In this document: positions 18,660-29,460 of the stretch, piece by piece
How positions within the stretch are numbered: position 1 is the first letter of the stretch
How the letters are laid out: each line of letters starts with the position of its first letter
Source: an uncultured bacterium
GTDB taxonomy: Bacteria; Actinomycetota; Actinomycetes; S36-B12
DNA: 64,000 bases
Reading direction: 5' to 3'
Assembly: GCA_963707385.1 (NCBI GenBank)
Contig: CAVPPK010000002.1
Span: forward strand, 354,673-418,672
Notes under the pieces: generated by a model
Told to the model about the DNA's origin: nothing
Database searches by the model: none
Seen by the model: only the letters and a program-made list of their open reading frames with translations
Program-made: the position numbers and the translations under genes

Positions 18660-21238
18660 GTGAGCCCTGCGTCCTGGACGCAGCCGGTCGACGACGTCGG
18701 CCTCGTCCCGTTCGGCAGCGGCATCGAGCGAGGGCTCGACGAGCGGTCGCTGTGCACGCGCGGCATCCAGCTGGAGACCCTCGCGGGCCTCGGGCTGCCG
18801 GTCGGTGCCGGCCTGACGATCCCGGTGCCCAACGTGCCCGGGCTTCACCTCGCCCGACCGGGCCAAGGCCGCGATGAACCTGCTGGAGAGCATCTCCGGG
18901 CGGCAGATCAGCGGCACCACCGAGAACGGCGGCCTGGTCCTGCTGCGGCTGAGCGCGAGCGCACCCGTCGATGCCGCCGGGCCTCCCGCCGGACCTCGTC
19001 TGCCTCGGCCTCAAGCGCAGCGTCATCCCGGAGGGCCTGGGCGCCAAGGCGCGCGGCGACCTGGGCAACGCGTGGTGGAAGACGGCGGCCTTCATCGCCG
19101 AGCATGCCCTGGGCGTGCCGGTCGAGGACCTCGGCTCCCTCGACATCGACTACCCGGATCCGGTCGAGCGGGTCGAGCCCTTCAAGCTGCTGTGCGCGGA
19201 GAAGGGCACCGCGCCGTTCCCCACCAAGCGGTCGGAGCAGGTCGCAGCCGGCGCCAAGGCCATGATCGAGCGCTGGAACTCGCCCCGTGCCGCTCGGGCC
19301 CGCCGGAAGCAGAACCTGCCGCCCGACCTCCCGCTGGCCCTGCACCTCGAGACGGTCGTCGTCACCGAGCACGACGACGAGGGTCACGGCTTCGCGGTGT
19401 CGCGCGACATGGAGTCGGGCCAGTTCGCGCCCAACGGCGCGTTCCGGCACGGCTTCCGCTGGAGCGGTGAACGCCAGCAGACCGGCCATCCGCTCGGCGA
19501 GCTGCCGGACGGCGTCGAGATGCTCACCGGTGTCCTCGCCGAGCTCGAGGGCCGGCTGCGCAGCGCGGTGATCGTCGACTTCGAGTACGGCCCGGACGGC
19601 CTCGCGCTGGTGGGGCTCGAGCAGATGCGCCGGCCCAACGCCCGCGTCGCCACCAGCCTGGCCGTCGACCTCGCCATCCGCGGCATCACCGACGAGGCCG
19701 AGGCCGTGCGCCGCACGGCCCCCACTCATGTGCTCGAGCTGCTGCACCCGCAGCCGAAGCTGACCGGCGCCGAGGTGCCGCTGGTCGCCGGGCCTCGGCG
19801 CGTCGCCCGGCGCCGCCGTCGGCCGCATCGCGCTGACCAGCGAGACCGCCGTCGAGATGACCGAGGCGGGCGAGTCGGTCCTGCTCGTCATGAGCGAGAC
19901 GACCCCCGGCGACCTGCCCGGCATGATGGCCGCGACGGGCATCCTCACGGTCAACGGCGGCTCCGCGTCGCACGCCGCGGTGGTGGCGCGCGGCATGGGA
20001 CGGCCGGCGATCTGCGGAGCCGGCGGCCTGCGCATCGACCACGAGGCCGGCACGATCACCGCGGGGGAGCACGTCCTGCACGGCGGGGACGTCATCTCGA
20101 TCGACGGGGCCACCGGGATCGCCTACGTGGGCGAGCTCGACGATCGAGCGTCCCAGCCCCTCGCCGAGCCTGACGACGCTGCTCGGCTGGGCGGACGACT
20201 CCCGTCGCCTGGGCGTGCGCGCGAACGCCGACAACGGTGCCGACGCGGCCGCCGCGATGGACAACGGCGCCGAGGGAATCGGCCTGTGCCGCACCGAGCA
20301 CCAGTTCATGGGCGACCGGCTGCCGCTGGTGCGCCGGGTGATCCTGTCGCACGACTTCGACGCGGAGGAGGCGGCGCTCGCCGCGCTCGCCGACGCCCAG
20401 CGCGAGGACTTCCGCGACCTGCTGCGTGCGGTCGGCGACCGGCCCGTGACGGTGCGGCTGCTCGATGCGCCGATGCACGAGTTCCTGCCGGCGAGCGAGG
20501 CCGATGCCGAGGACGAGCACCAGGCGCGGATGCTCGAGCACCTGCACGAGGAGAACCCCATGCTCGGCGTGCGCGGAGTGCGCCTCGCGCTCATGCACGA
20601 GGGCCTCTACCCCGCTCAGGTCGAGGGACTGTTCAACGCGTGGGTCGACGTCGTCTCGGCCGACGAGGCCCGGCCCGAGCTCGAGGTGATGGTCCCGCTG
20701 GTGTCCATCCCCGAGGAGCTCGTGATGATGCTCCGGCTCATCCGCCGCGTGAACCAGGAGGTCTCGTCGCGGACCGGGATGATCATCCCCTTCAAGATCG
20801 GCACGATGGTCGAGACGCCGCGCGCGGCTCTGCTCGCTGACCGGCTGGCGCAGTGGGCGGAGTTCCTGTCGTTCGGCACGAACGACCTCACCCAGCTGAC
20901 CTACGGCTTCTCCCGCGACGACGTCGAGCGCCGCATGCTGGGCACCTACCTGGAGAAGGGGCTCATGACGGCGAGCCCGTTCGCCGAGCTCGACGACGAC
21001 GGCGTCGCGACGCTGATGGCGTACGCGGTGGACAAGGCGCGCGAGGTGCGGCCGGACATCAAGCTCGGCATCTGCGGCGAGCACGGCGGGGATCCGTCGT
21101 CCATCGCCATCTGCGAGCGGCTCGGCCTCGACTACGTGTCCTGCTCGCCGACCCGCGATCCCGGTCGCCCGACTGGCGGCCGCGCACGCCGTCGTCGGCT
21201 CGCCTGCGTCACCGGCCTTGGCTGGTACCGGATCGTGA
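18660..21238 (+). CDS. Pyruvate,phosphate dikinase-like enzyme (ATP-grasp-like N-domain, swivel His domain, PEP/pyruvate TIM barrel); about 5 frame interruptions; start uncertain (18594 or 18660)
   Basis: GLGASPGAAVGRIALTSE...TPGDLPGMMAATGILTVNGGSASHAAVVARGMGRPAICG; NADNGADAAAAMDNGAEGIGLCRTEHQF; MVETPRAAL...FLSFGTNDLTQLTYGFSRDD; KLGICGEHGGDPSSI. The N-terminal region is divergent (see findings). Confidence 0.8.
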
Positions 21239-21311
21239 CCGGAAAATACTTGGAAGACCTTGCATCTCGGGTTTTCGCCTGTAGTGTTCGAGCGATCGTG
21301 AGGGAGGCCCG
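21239..21311. promoter_or_regulatory. Internal promoter/operator upstream of the ABC transporter genes
   Basis: ACTTGGAAGACCTTGCAT (21248-21265) and CTGTAGTG (21279-21286). Both sub-motifs recur at 7397-7425. GGGAGG RBS precedes ATG 21312. Confidence 0.45.
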
Positions 21312-22849
21312 ATGACGACCGCGCTGAGTGTGCGCAATGCCACGAAGATCTTCGGGGCGCAGGTCGCGCTCGACAACGTCAGCATCGACGTCGAGCCGGG
21401 CGAGGTCCGTGCGCTCGTGGGCCAGAACGGCTGCGGCAAGTCCACCCTGATCAAGATCCTCGCAGGATTCCACGAGCCGGAGCCCGGCACCGAGGCCATC
21501 GGTCGGCGGCGAGACCCTGCCGTTCGCGAATCCGGTCGCCAGCGAGGCCGTCGGCCTGCGCTTCGTGCACCAGGACCTCGGCCTGGTCGGCAACCTCGAC
21601 GCCGTCGACAACCTGGCCATGGGCCAGGGCTACATCACCAACGCCGACCAAGACGATCCGTGGCGCAAGGAGCGCGCGCACGGCCCGCGAGGCGCTGGCG
21701 GCACTCGGCTACGACATCGACGTGAAGGTGCCGGTCGCTGGCCTGCAGATGTCGGAGCGCACGGCTGTCGCCATCGCTCGCGCGATGTCCGAGCGCGGCA
21801 GCCGCCGCAAGATGCTGATCCTCGACGAGCCGACGGCCAACCTCCCCGGCGCCGAGGCGCAGCGCCTCTACCAGCTCGTCCGTCGCGTGGCCGACTCCGG
21901 CGTCGCCGTGCTGTTCGTCTCGCATCACTTCGACGAGGTCTTCGAGATGGCCGAGTCCGTGACGGTGCTGCGCGACGGCAAGCTGATCACCGACGCGGCC
22001 CGGTCGCGGGACTCACCGAGGAGGAGCTGATCGAGCTCGTCGTCGGCCGCAAGCTCGAGGAGCACGACAAGCGCGACGCCGAGGCCCGCGAGCACGGGTG
22101 GAGATCCTCACGCTCAGCGAACGTGTGGGGCTCGCAACGTGCGGGCATGGACCTCACCGTGCATCGCGGCGAGGTCGTCGGGCGTGGCCGGCATCACCGG
22201 CTCCGGACGCGAGGAGGTGGCATCGCTGGTCTTCGGCGGCCACGAGCGCGGTCCGGCGAGATCACCGTCGACGGCAAGGTCCTGCCGCAGAACCGGCCCG
22301 ACATCTCCATCGAGCGGGGCGTCGCCCTGGTGCCGGCCGAGCGCCACGCGAACGCGTCGCTGCTCGACCAGACCCTGCGCGAGAACATCACCCTCGTCGA
22401 TCCGGGTCGGCACATGACGATGGGGATCCTGCGCCGCCGCCCGGAGACGCGCCGACGTGCGCGTGTGGCTCGACCGGCTGACGGTCAAGCCCGGTGGGCA
22501 GACCGAGTACACGATGACGCAGCTGTCCGGCGGCAACCAGCAGAAGGTCATCCTCGCCCGCTGGCTGCGTCAGGAGCCGGAGGTGCTCATCCTCGACGAG
22601 CCGACGCAGGGCGTCGACGTCGGCGCCAAGGCGGACATCCACACGCTCGTCGACGAGGCCGCCGCCCAGGGCGCCGCGGTGCTCGTCTGCTCGACCGACC
22701 ACGAGGAGCTGGTCCGCGTCTGCGACCGCGTGGTGATCATGCGACGAGGTCGCGCGGTCGAGATCCTGCGCGGCGACGAGATCACCGCCGACAACATCAC
22801 CGCCGCCACGATCGGCCGCGAGCACGGGTCGGCCGAACCCGCGGCCTGA
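21312..22849 (+). CDS. Sugar-type ABC transporter ATP-binding protein with two NBDs (RbsA/XylG-like); about 6 frame interruptions
   Basis: Walker [10 protein letters not shown], Walker [12 protein letters not shown], second [12 protein letters not shown], signature [24 protein letters not shown]. Ends at 22849. Confidence 0.85.
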
Positions 22850-22902
22850 CCGCCCACTGACCACCACTGCCCAGCGCCTCGACGAGAACCGGAGCACACC
22901 CG

Positions 22903-23959
22903 ATGACCCGGAGCCGAACCCTGTCTGAAGTGCAAGCAGCGACGCCCACGCGCCGGATCAACCTCGGCTTCGACAAGTACAGCGGCCTGTACGTCTGGGC
23001 GCTGCTCGTCATCGTCTTCTCGCTGTGGATTCCGGACCTGTTCCTGCAGGTGAGCAACTTCAAGCACGATGCTGCTCCTTCCAGGCCATCAGCACGATCG
23101 TGGCCCTCGGCCTGATCCTCCCCGTGGCCGCCGGCGCCTTCGACCTGACGATCGCCGGCACCCTCACGGTGTCGGCGTGCTTCACGGCGTGGGCGCTGAC
23201 CAACCACAACGGCGTGATCGTCGCGGCCGGTGCGCTCCTGCTGATCGGCGTCGTCATCGGCCTGGCGAACTCGATGGTCGTGGTCAAGTTCAAGGTCGAC
23301 TCGTTCATCGGCACCCTGGGCATGAGCTCGCATCCTCGTCGCGGTGGCCTACATGATCACCGACAGCGCGCAGATCGTGCTCAGCACGGAGGCGGGCTAC
23401 GCACCCGTTCTTCGAGTTCGCACGCGAGGAGTCGTTCGGCACTGCCGCGGTCCGTGTACTACGCGGCGGTGATCGCGGCCATCGTGATCTGGTGGATCCT
23501 CGAGTACACCCCGGGTGGCCGCTACCTCTACGCCGTCGGCGGCAACCCGGTGGCCTCGCGCCTCGCGGGCGTGCAGGTCGGGCGCGATCATCACGCTCGT
23601 CCTTCATCTCCTCGGCGGTGACGTCGGCCTTCGCCGGCATCGTGTACCTGTCCACGATCGCCAACGGCGACCCCCGACATCGGCAGCGGACTACCTGCTG
23701 CCGGCCTTCTCGGCGGTGTTCCTCGGCGCCACGCAGATCCGGCCGGGTCGCGTCAACGTCCTCGGCACGCTCGTCGCGATCTTCCTGCTCGCCACCGGCG
23801 TCACGGGCCTGCAGCTGGCCGGTGCGCCCTCGTACGTGACCGAGCTGTTCAACGGCGTCGGCGCTGATCGTCGCGGTGGCGCTGGCCGCGCGCACGGCAC
23901 GCGCCGCGCCGCCGCGGCTGACGCGCAGCGCACCGCGCGCACTCGGCGTCGGTGTCTAG
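22903..23959 (+). CDS. Sugar-type ABC transporter permease (ribose/xylose family); about 6 frame interruptions
   Basis: Hydrophobic segments YVWALLVIVFSLWIP, STIVALGLILPVAAGAFDLTIAGTLTVSA, LLPAFSAVFLGATQIRPGRVNVLGTLVAIFLLATGVTGLQLAG. The end is approximate. Confidence 0.7.
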
Positions 23960-24809
23960 GGCAGCGGGATCGGGAACGGGTCCGCCTGCGCGGCCGCGTG
24001 CGCCTCATCGCTGCTCGCCCACTCGAGGGCGTTGCCGAGCAGCCGCCGGAACATCGGGTTCGCGAAGGTCGCCGGCCCGTCGCCCATGAGGAGCGTGGCG
24101 ACGGGACTGCTGCCCGCCGTCGTCGTCCAGCCCATGAGCCTGCTGCCGCCGTGCAGGCCGCCGTCCTGCCCGCGTCCGGCGCACGTCACCCCGGTCGACG
24201 TGCCGTTGCTGACCTCGTCGAACGTGTCCTGGAAGAGCGCGCCGTCCATGTCCGCGTCGTTGTCGAGGAACGGGCGTGAGCCGGTCGGTGAGGAAGGGCG
24301 CGAAGTAGAGCTCGTCGTCGACCGCGAAGTCGCTGACTCCCTGCGCGATCGGGTGGCCCGGGTCGGTGACCCGGACCGTGTAGCGGGCCGACGCGGTAGC
24401 CGGAGGACGGGAGGTCCTCGCCGCGCAGGCGTCCGGGACGGTAGAGGAAGCGCGCACCGGTGACCTCGGCCCAGCCCTCCCAGCCCGGCCACGCCGAGAT
24501 GGCGTGGTGGAGGACCACGAGCCCCTGGCCCGGCGTCGAGGAGGTTGACGACGTCCTGGGCCGTCTGGGCGTCCGGGCCCACGACCTCCGGCTCGCTGCC
24601 GCGCTTGAGCCGTCAGTCCGGGGATGTCGTGCAGCAGGATCGCGTCCCACTGGCCGGCGAGCTCGTCGGTCAGCCAGCGCTGGGCGCTGGGCTGCGTGGC
24701 AGTGCGCCCACACCCAGCCGCGCTCGGTGCAGATGTCGGCGATCGCGCCGAGGAACTCGTCCATCGCGACCCGGTGGCCACCGGTCACGACGAGGATGCG
24801 ACGGATCAT
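23956..24809 (-). CDS. ThuA-domain protein (second copy); about 5 frame interruptions
   Basis: MIRRILVVTGGHRVAMDEFLGAIADI, WDAILLHDIPG, GLVVLHHAISAWPGWEGWAEVTGARFLY, VRVTDPGHPIAQGVSDFAVDDELY, C-terminus MFRRLLGNALEWAS. Confidence 0.7.
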
Positions 24810-24901
24810 GGAGTCTCCCGATGCGATTTACTTGGACGTCCTAGTTACTATAGTCTGCGTTCGATAAGTGCAGGTGCATTCCACCGATCCGGGAGACCCT
24901 G
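24810..24901. promoter_or_regulatory. Divergent control region (ThuA-2 / E1alpha operon) with the best copy of the island box
   Basis: TTTACTTGGACGTCCTAGTTACTATAGT (24827-24854). It contains the perfect palindromes GGACGTCC and ACTATAGT. The region is bracketed by gtctcccgat / atccgggagac. Confidence 0.55.
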
Positions 24902-25908
24902 ATGGCCACACCCACGGAAGCCCTCGACGAGGTCATGCCCGTCACGCGCGAGCTGGTCCTCGACCTGCATCGCCGCATGGTGCGCATCCGGCGCTTCGAG
25001 GAGCGGGCCGGCAAGCTCGTCGAGTCGGGGGACATGCCCGGCTTCCTGCACCTGTACGTCGGCCAGGAGGCGGTCGCCGCCGGCGTCGTGCTCGGCGCTG
25101 ACCGATGCCGACCAGATCACGTCGACGCACCGCGGGCCACGGCCACGCGATCGCCAAGGGCGCCGAGTTCCGGCCGATGTTCGCCGAGCTGTACGGCAAG
25201 ACCACCGGCTACTGCAAGGGCCGCGGCGGCTCGATGCACATCGTCGACATGAACCGCGGGATGCTCGGCGCCAACGCCATCGTCGGCGGCGGCATCCCGA
25301 TCGCCGTCGGCGCGGCCTTCGCCTCGCAGTACCGCAACGACGGCACGGTCGCCGTGTCCTTCTTCGGCGACGGCGCCACCAACATCGGCGCCTTCCACGA
25401 GGCGGTGAACATGGCCGCGGTCTGGGACCTGCCCGTCGTCTTCGTCTGCGAGAACAACGGCTACGCCGAGTTCACCTCGCAGTCGAACGCACATGCGCTG
25501 ACCGACATCGCCGAGCGGGCCGCCTCCTACGGCATGCCCGGCGTCATCGTCGACGGCATGGACGCGCTCGCCGTGCGCGAGGCGACGCATCGAGGCCGTC
25601 GACCGCGCCAAGCGCGGCGAGGGCCCGACCTTCATCGAGGCCAAGACCTACCGCTACTTCGACCACCAGGGCATCAAGGGCATGCGCATCCCCTACCGCG
25701 ATCCCGCCGAGGTCGAGGCGTGGAAGACGCGTGACGCCATCACGCTCGATCGAGGCCATCGGCGTCGAGCGCGGCCTGGCCACGGCCGAGGAGTTCGCCG
25801 CCATCTGGGCGGAGACGGAGGCCGAGATCGAGGACGGCATCGAGTTCGCCCGGAACGAGCCCCGATCCCGACCCGGCCGACATCCTCGACGACGTCTACA
25901 CCGTCTGA
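24902..25908 (+). CDS. Thiamine-diphosphate-dependent 2-oxoacid (acetoin/pyruvate-type) dehydrogenase E1 alpha; about 3 frame interruptions
   Basis: FLHLYVGQEAVAAG, ITSTHRGHGHAIAKG, GRGGSMH, TPP motif GDGATNIGAFHEAVNMAAVWDLPVVFVCENNGYA. Confidence 0.85.
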
Positions 25909-25926
25909 CCCCGAAGGGACTCCCTG

Positions 25927-26931
25927 ATGACCACTCCTGCGACGTCCACGCGCGAGCTGACCTACGTCAAGGCCTTCAACGAGGGCATGCACCAGATCAT
26001 GGCCGAGGATCCCGACGTCTTCCTCATCGGCGAGGACGTCGCCGGCTACGGCGGCGTCTTCCACATGTTCGACGGGCTCCTCACCGAGTTCGGCGACCGC
26101 GCGCGTGAAGGACACGCCCGATCGCCGAGCAGGCCATCATCGGCCTCGGCGTGGGCGCCGCGGCTCGCGGCCTGCGCCCCGTGTGCGACCTCATGTTCAT
26201 GGACTTCATCGGCGTCGCGATGGACCAGATCTTCAACCAGGCCGCGAAGATGAAGTACATGTTCGGCGGCAACGTGTCCGTCCCGCTGACGATCACCACC
26301 GCCGGCGGCGCGGGGATGTCCGCCGCCGCGCAGCACAGCCAGAGCCTGGAGGCGTGGCTGGCGCACGTGCCCGGCCTGAAGGTCGCGATGCCCGCGAGCG
26401 CCTACGACGCCAAGGGCCTGATCGTCGGAGCCATCCGCGACGACAACCCGACCATCGTGGTGCTGAACAAGCGCATGCTCGGCGTCAAGGGCCAGGTGCC
26501 CGAGGAGCTGTACGCGATCCCGTTCGGCGTGGCCAACGTCGTCCGCGAGGGCACGCGACGTCACGATCGTCGCGATCGGCCGCATGGTCCCGGAGGCCAG
26601 CAAGGCGGCCGCCAAGCTCGAGGAGTCGGGCATCTCGGTGGAGATCATCGATCCGCGCACCGTGCAGCCGCTCGACACCGCGACCATCGTCGCGTCCGTC
26701 AAGAAGACCAACCGCGTCCTGATCGTGCACGAGGCGGTCGAGTTCGGCGGCATCGGCGCGGAGATCTCCTCGCAGATCCAGGAGGCCGCATTCGACTACC
26801 TCGATGCACCCGTCGCGCGGCTCGCCGCCCCGTTCGCGCCGGTGCCCTACGCTCCGATCCTGGAGAACGCGTACGTTCCGGACGCCCCGCGCATCGAGGC
26901 CGCCGTCCGCCGACTGCTCGAGCGGAGGTAG
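25927..26931 (+). CDS. 2-oxoacid dehydrogenase E1 beta; 2 frame interruptions
   Basis: LTYVKAFNEGMHQIMAEDPDVFLIGEDVAGYGGVF, DTPIAEQAIIGLGVGAAARGLRPV, AAQHSQSLEAWLAHVPGLKV, RVLIVHEAVEFGGIGAEI. Confidence 0.85.
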
Positions 26932-26934
26932 TTC

Positions 26935-28330
26935 GTGGCCATCGAGATCCTGCTGCCCAAGCTCGGCCTCACCATGGAGGAGGGCACGGTCGACGAGTGG
27001 CTCGTCGCCGACGGCTCGGCCGTCACCATGGGCATGCCGCTGCTGCGCCTGGCCACGGACAAGATCGATGTCGATGTCGAGGCGGAGGGCGAGGGCATCC
27101 TGGCCCGCGCCGTGCCGGACGGCACCACCCTCGCACCGGGCTCCGTGCTCGGCTGGCTGCTCGTCGCCGGCGAGGCGGCTCCCGCGGGTGCGTCACCGGC
27201 GGCGGCTCCGACTGCCGCGGCCGCCGACGAGGTCGTCGTCATCACGACGATGCAGGGGACCGACGATCTCGAGGTCGCGTCAGCCGGCGGACGGGTGTTC
27301 ATCAGCCCCAATGCCCGCCGGGTGGCGCACGAGCTGAATGTGGACCTGGCCTCGGTCACGGGCACCGGCCCGGGTGGCCGGATCGTCTCCGAGGACGTCG
27401 AGGAGGCGGCGGCGCGAGGCGCGCAGGCAGCCGGCCCGGGCCAGCCCGGCGAGGGTCGTCTCGCCGCTCGCCCGTCGTGACGCCCGCGATGCCGGCATCG
27501 ACCCGTCCACCATCACCACCGGCGACGGTGTCGTCCGGCGTAGTGACGTGCGGGCAGCGGCGGCATCGACGCCGCAGACGAGCGCCGCAGCAGCGGTCGC
27601 GCCCACCGCAGCGCCGGTCGTCCTGCCTGTCGGCCAGGAGACGGCATCGATCATCGCGATGAAGGGCATGCGCGGCACGATCGCCGCCCGCATGCAGCAG
27701 AGCCTCACCGAGATGGCCCAGCTGACGCACGGGTTCGAGGTGTGCATGGACGCCGTCGTCGCCCTGCGCGCGGAGATGAAGGAGCAGTACGCCGCCCTCG
27801 GCGTCGCCGTCCCGAGCCTCAACGACTTCATCGTCCGCGCCGCTTCGCTGGCCCTGCGCCAGCACCCGATCCTCAACGCGACCATCATCGACAAGGAGAT
27901 CCACCTCCTCAGCCGCATCCACATGGGCCTGGCAGTCGCCGTGCCGGGCGGGCTCATGGTGCCCGTCATCCGCGACGCCGACCGGCTCTCGCTCCCCGAG
28001 CTCGCCCGCACCACGCGCGACCTGGCCGAGCGGTGCCGCGACGGGGCGATCGGGCTCGACGAGCTCGAGGGAGCCTCGTTCGCCGTCACCTCGCTGGGCA
28101 CGTACGGCGTCGACTTCTTCACGCCCGTGATCAACCCCGGCAACGTCGGCATCCTCGGCGTCGGGCGGCTGCGCGACTCGGGTCGGTGGGAGGGCGACGC
28201 CTTCGTCCGCACTCAGGTGCTGACGCTCAGCCTGACGTTCGACCATCGCGCGGTCGACGGTGCTCCCGCGGCGGAGTACCTCCAGACGATCGCTGAGCTG
28301 CTCGCGCGGCCCCTCGTCCTGGTCTCGTAG
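26935..28330 (+). CDS. Dihydrolipoamide acyltransferase E2 (lipoyl domain, two peripheral-subunit-binding motifs, catalytic domain); one frame interruption near 27450
   Basis: GTG start. Lipoyl-Lys context LATDKIDVDVEAE. PSBD-like ISPNARRVAHELNVDLASVTGTGPGGRIV and VSPLARRDARDAGIDPSTI. Catalytic SLTFDHRAVDGAPAAEYL. Confidence 0.85.
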
Positions 28331-28335
28331 CGCCG

Positions 28336-28981
28336 ATGCCGGCCATCTACCTGCTGAGGCATGGCCAGGCGAGCTTCGGTACGGACGACTACGACGTCCT
28401 GTCCGACCTCGGCCGGCGCCAGGCAGCGGTCGCGGGCGCGGCGCTCGCACGACGTGGCCTGCGGCGGCCCGTGGTTGTCAGCGGAGGGCTGAGGCGGCAG
28501 CGGGACACGGCCGCGATAGCGGCTGAAGCGCTGGGCGTGCAGCCCTCCGGTGTGGACGCGCGTTTCGACGAGTTCGACGCACATGCCGCGGTCGACGCCC
28601 ACCTTGGTGGTCCTGGCGCCACGGACGGGATGTCGTCGACCGACTTCCAGCGTGCACCTCGACGTCGTGATGGCGACGTGGATGGACTCGGGCGAGGAGC
28701 GGTGGCGGGCCTTCACTGACGGCGCCGTGGCCGCCCTGGCCGATCTCGCCGCGTCGCTGCCGTCAGGGTCGGATGCGGTGGTGGCCACATCGGCGGGCGT
28801 CACGGCGGTGATCGCCGGACGGCTGCTGGGAGCCGACTCCGCGGGCGTCATCGCGATGAACCGGGTGAGCGTCAATGCGTCGATCACGACGGTGGTGGCC
28901 GGGGCACGGGGGCTGTCGCTGGTGTCCTTCAACGACCACGCCCACCTGCTGGACGACCGGTCGCTGCTCACCAACCGCTGA
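28336..28981 (+). CDS. Histidine phosphatase family protein (2 of 3); one frame interruption near 28650
   Basis: MPAIYLLRHGQASFGTDDYDVLSDLGRRQA (RHG motif). The C-terminal half VVATSAGVTAVIAGRLLG...SFNDHAHL lies in ORF 28550-28981. Confidence 0.8.
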
Positions 28982-29085
28982 CCCGCGCCTGTTGGTGCCG
29001 GTCGTGCGGCGCCGAGCGGGCTGCGCCGAGGTCTTGACGATCGCCCCAGGCGGTATCACCATGGGCTCGAGCGAGGAGGTTAGGC

Positions 29086-29460
29086 ATGCCTAAGTCATCT
29101 AAGGCCACCGCGAGCGAAGCCGTCGTCGTGGAGGGCTACGAGGGGCATCTGGAGAACCTGGACGGTGGCTACACCGTCGCATTCGAGGAGTACACCGCGG
29201 ACGTCGACCTGGCGCCGCTCCTGGTGGGCCTGCCCGACGACCGGTGCCAGGCCGCGCACTGGGGGTACGTCATCCGTGGCAGGGTGACGTTCCGCACGGC
29301 ATCCGGCGAGGAGACCTTCGAGCAGGGCGACGCGTACTACGTCGGCCCGGGGCACACGCCATTCCTCTACGCCGGCTCCGAGATCGTCGAGTTCAGTCCG
29401 ACCGACGACTTGGCGCGCACCATGGAGGTCGCCCAGCGCAACATGGCCGCGGCGGGCTGA
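29086..29460 (+). CDS. Cupin-domain protein, intact
   Basis: 124-aa ORF with a strong SD (gaggagg). HWGYVIRGRVTFRTASGEETFEQGDAYYVGPGHTP is a cupin-like beta-barrel pattern. Confidence 0.75.
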   Translation: MPKSSKATASEAVVVEGYEGHLENLDGGYTVAFEEYTADVDLAPLLVGLPDDRCQAAHWGYVIRGRVTFRTASGEETFEQGDAYYVGPGHTPFLYAGSEIVEFSPTDDLARTMEVAQRNMAAAG

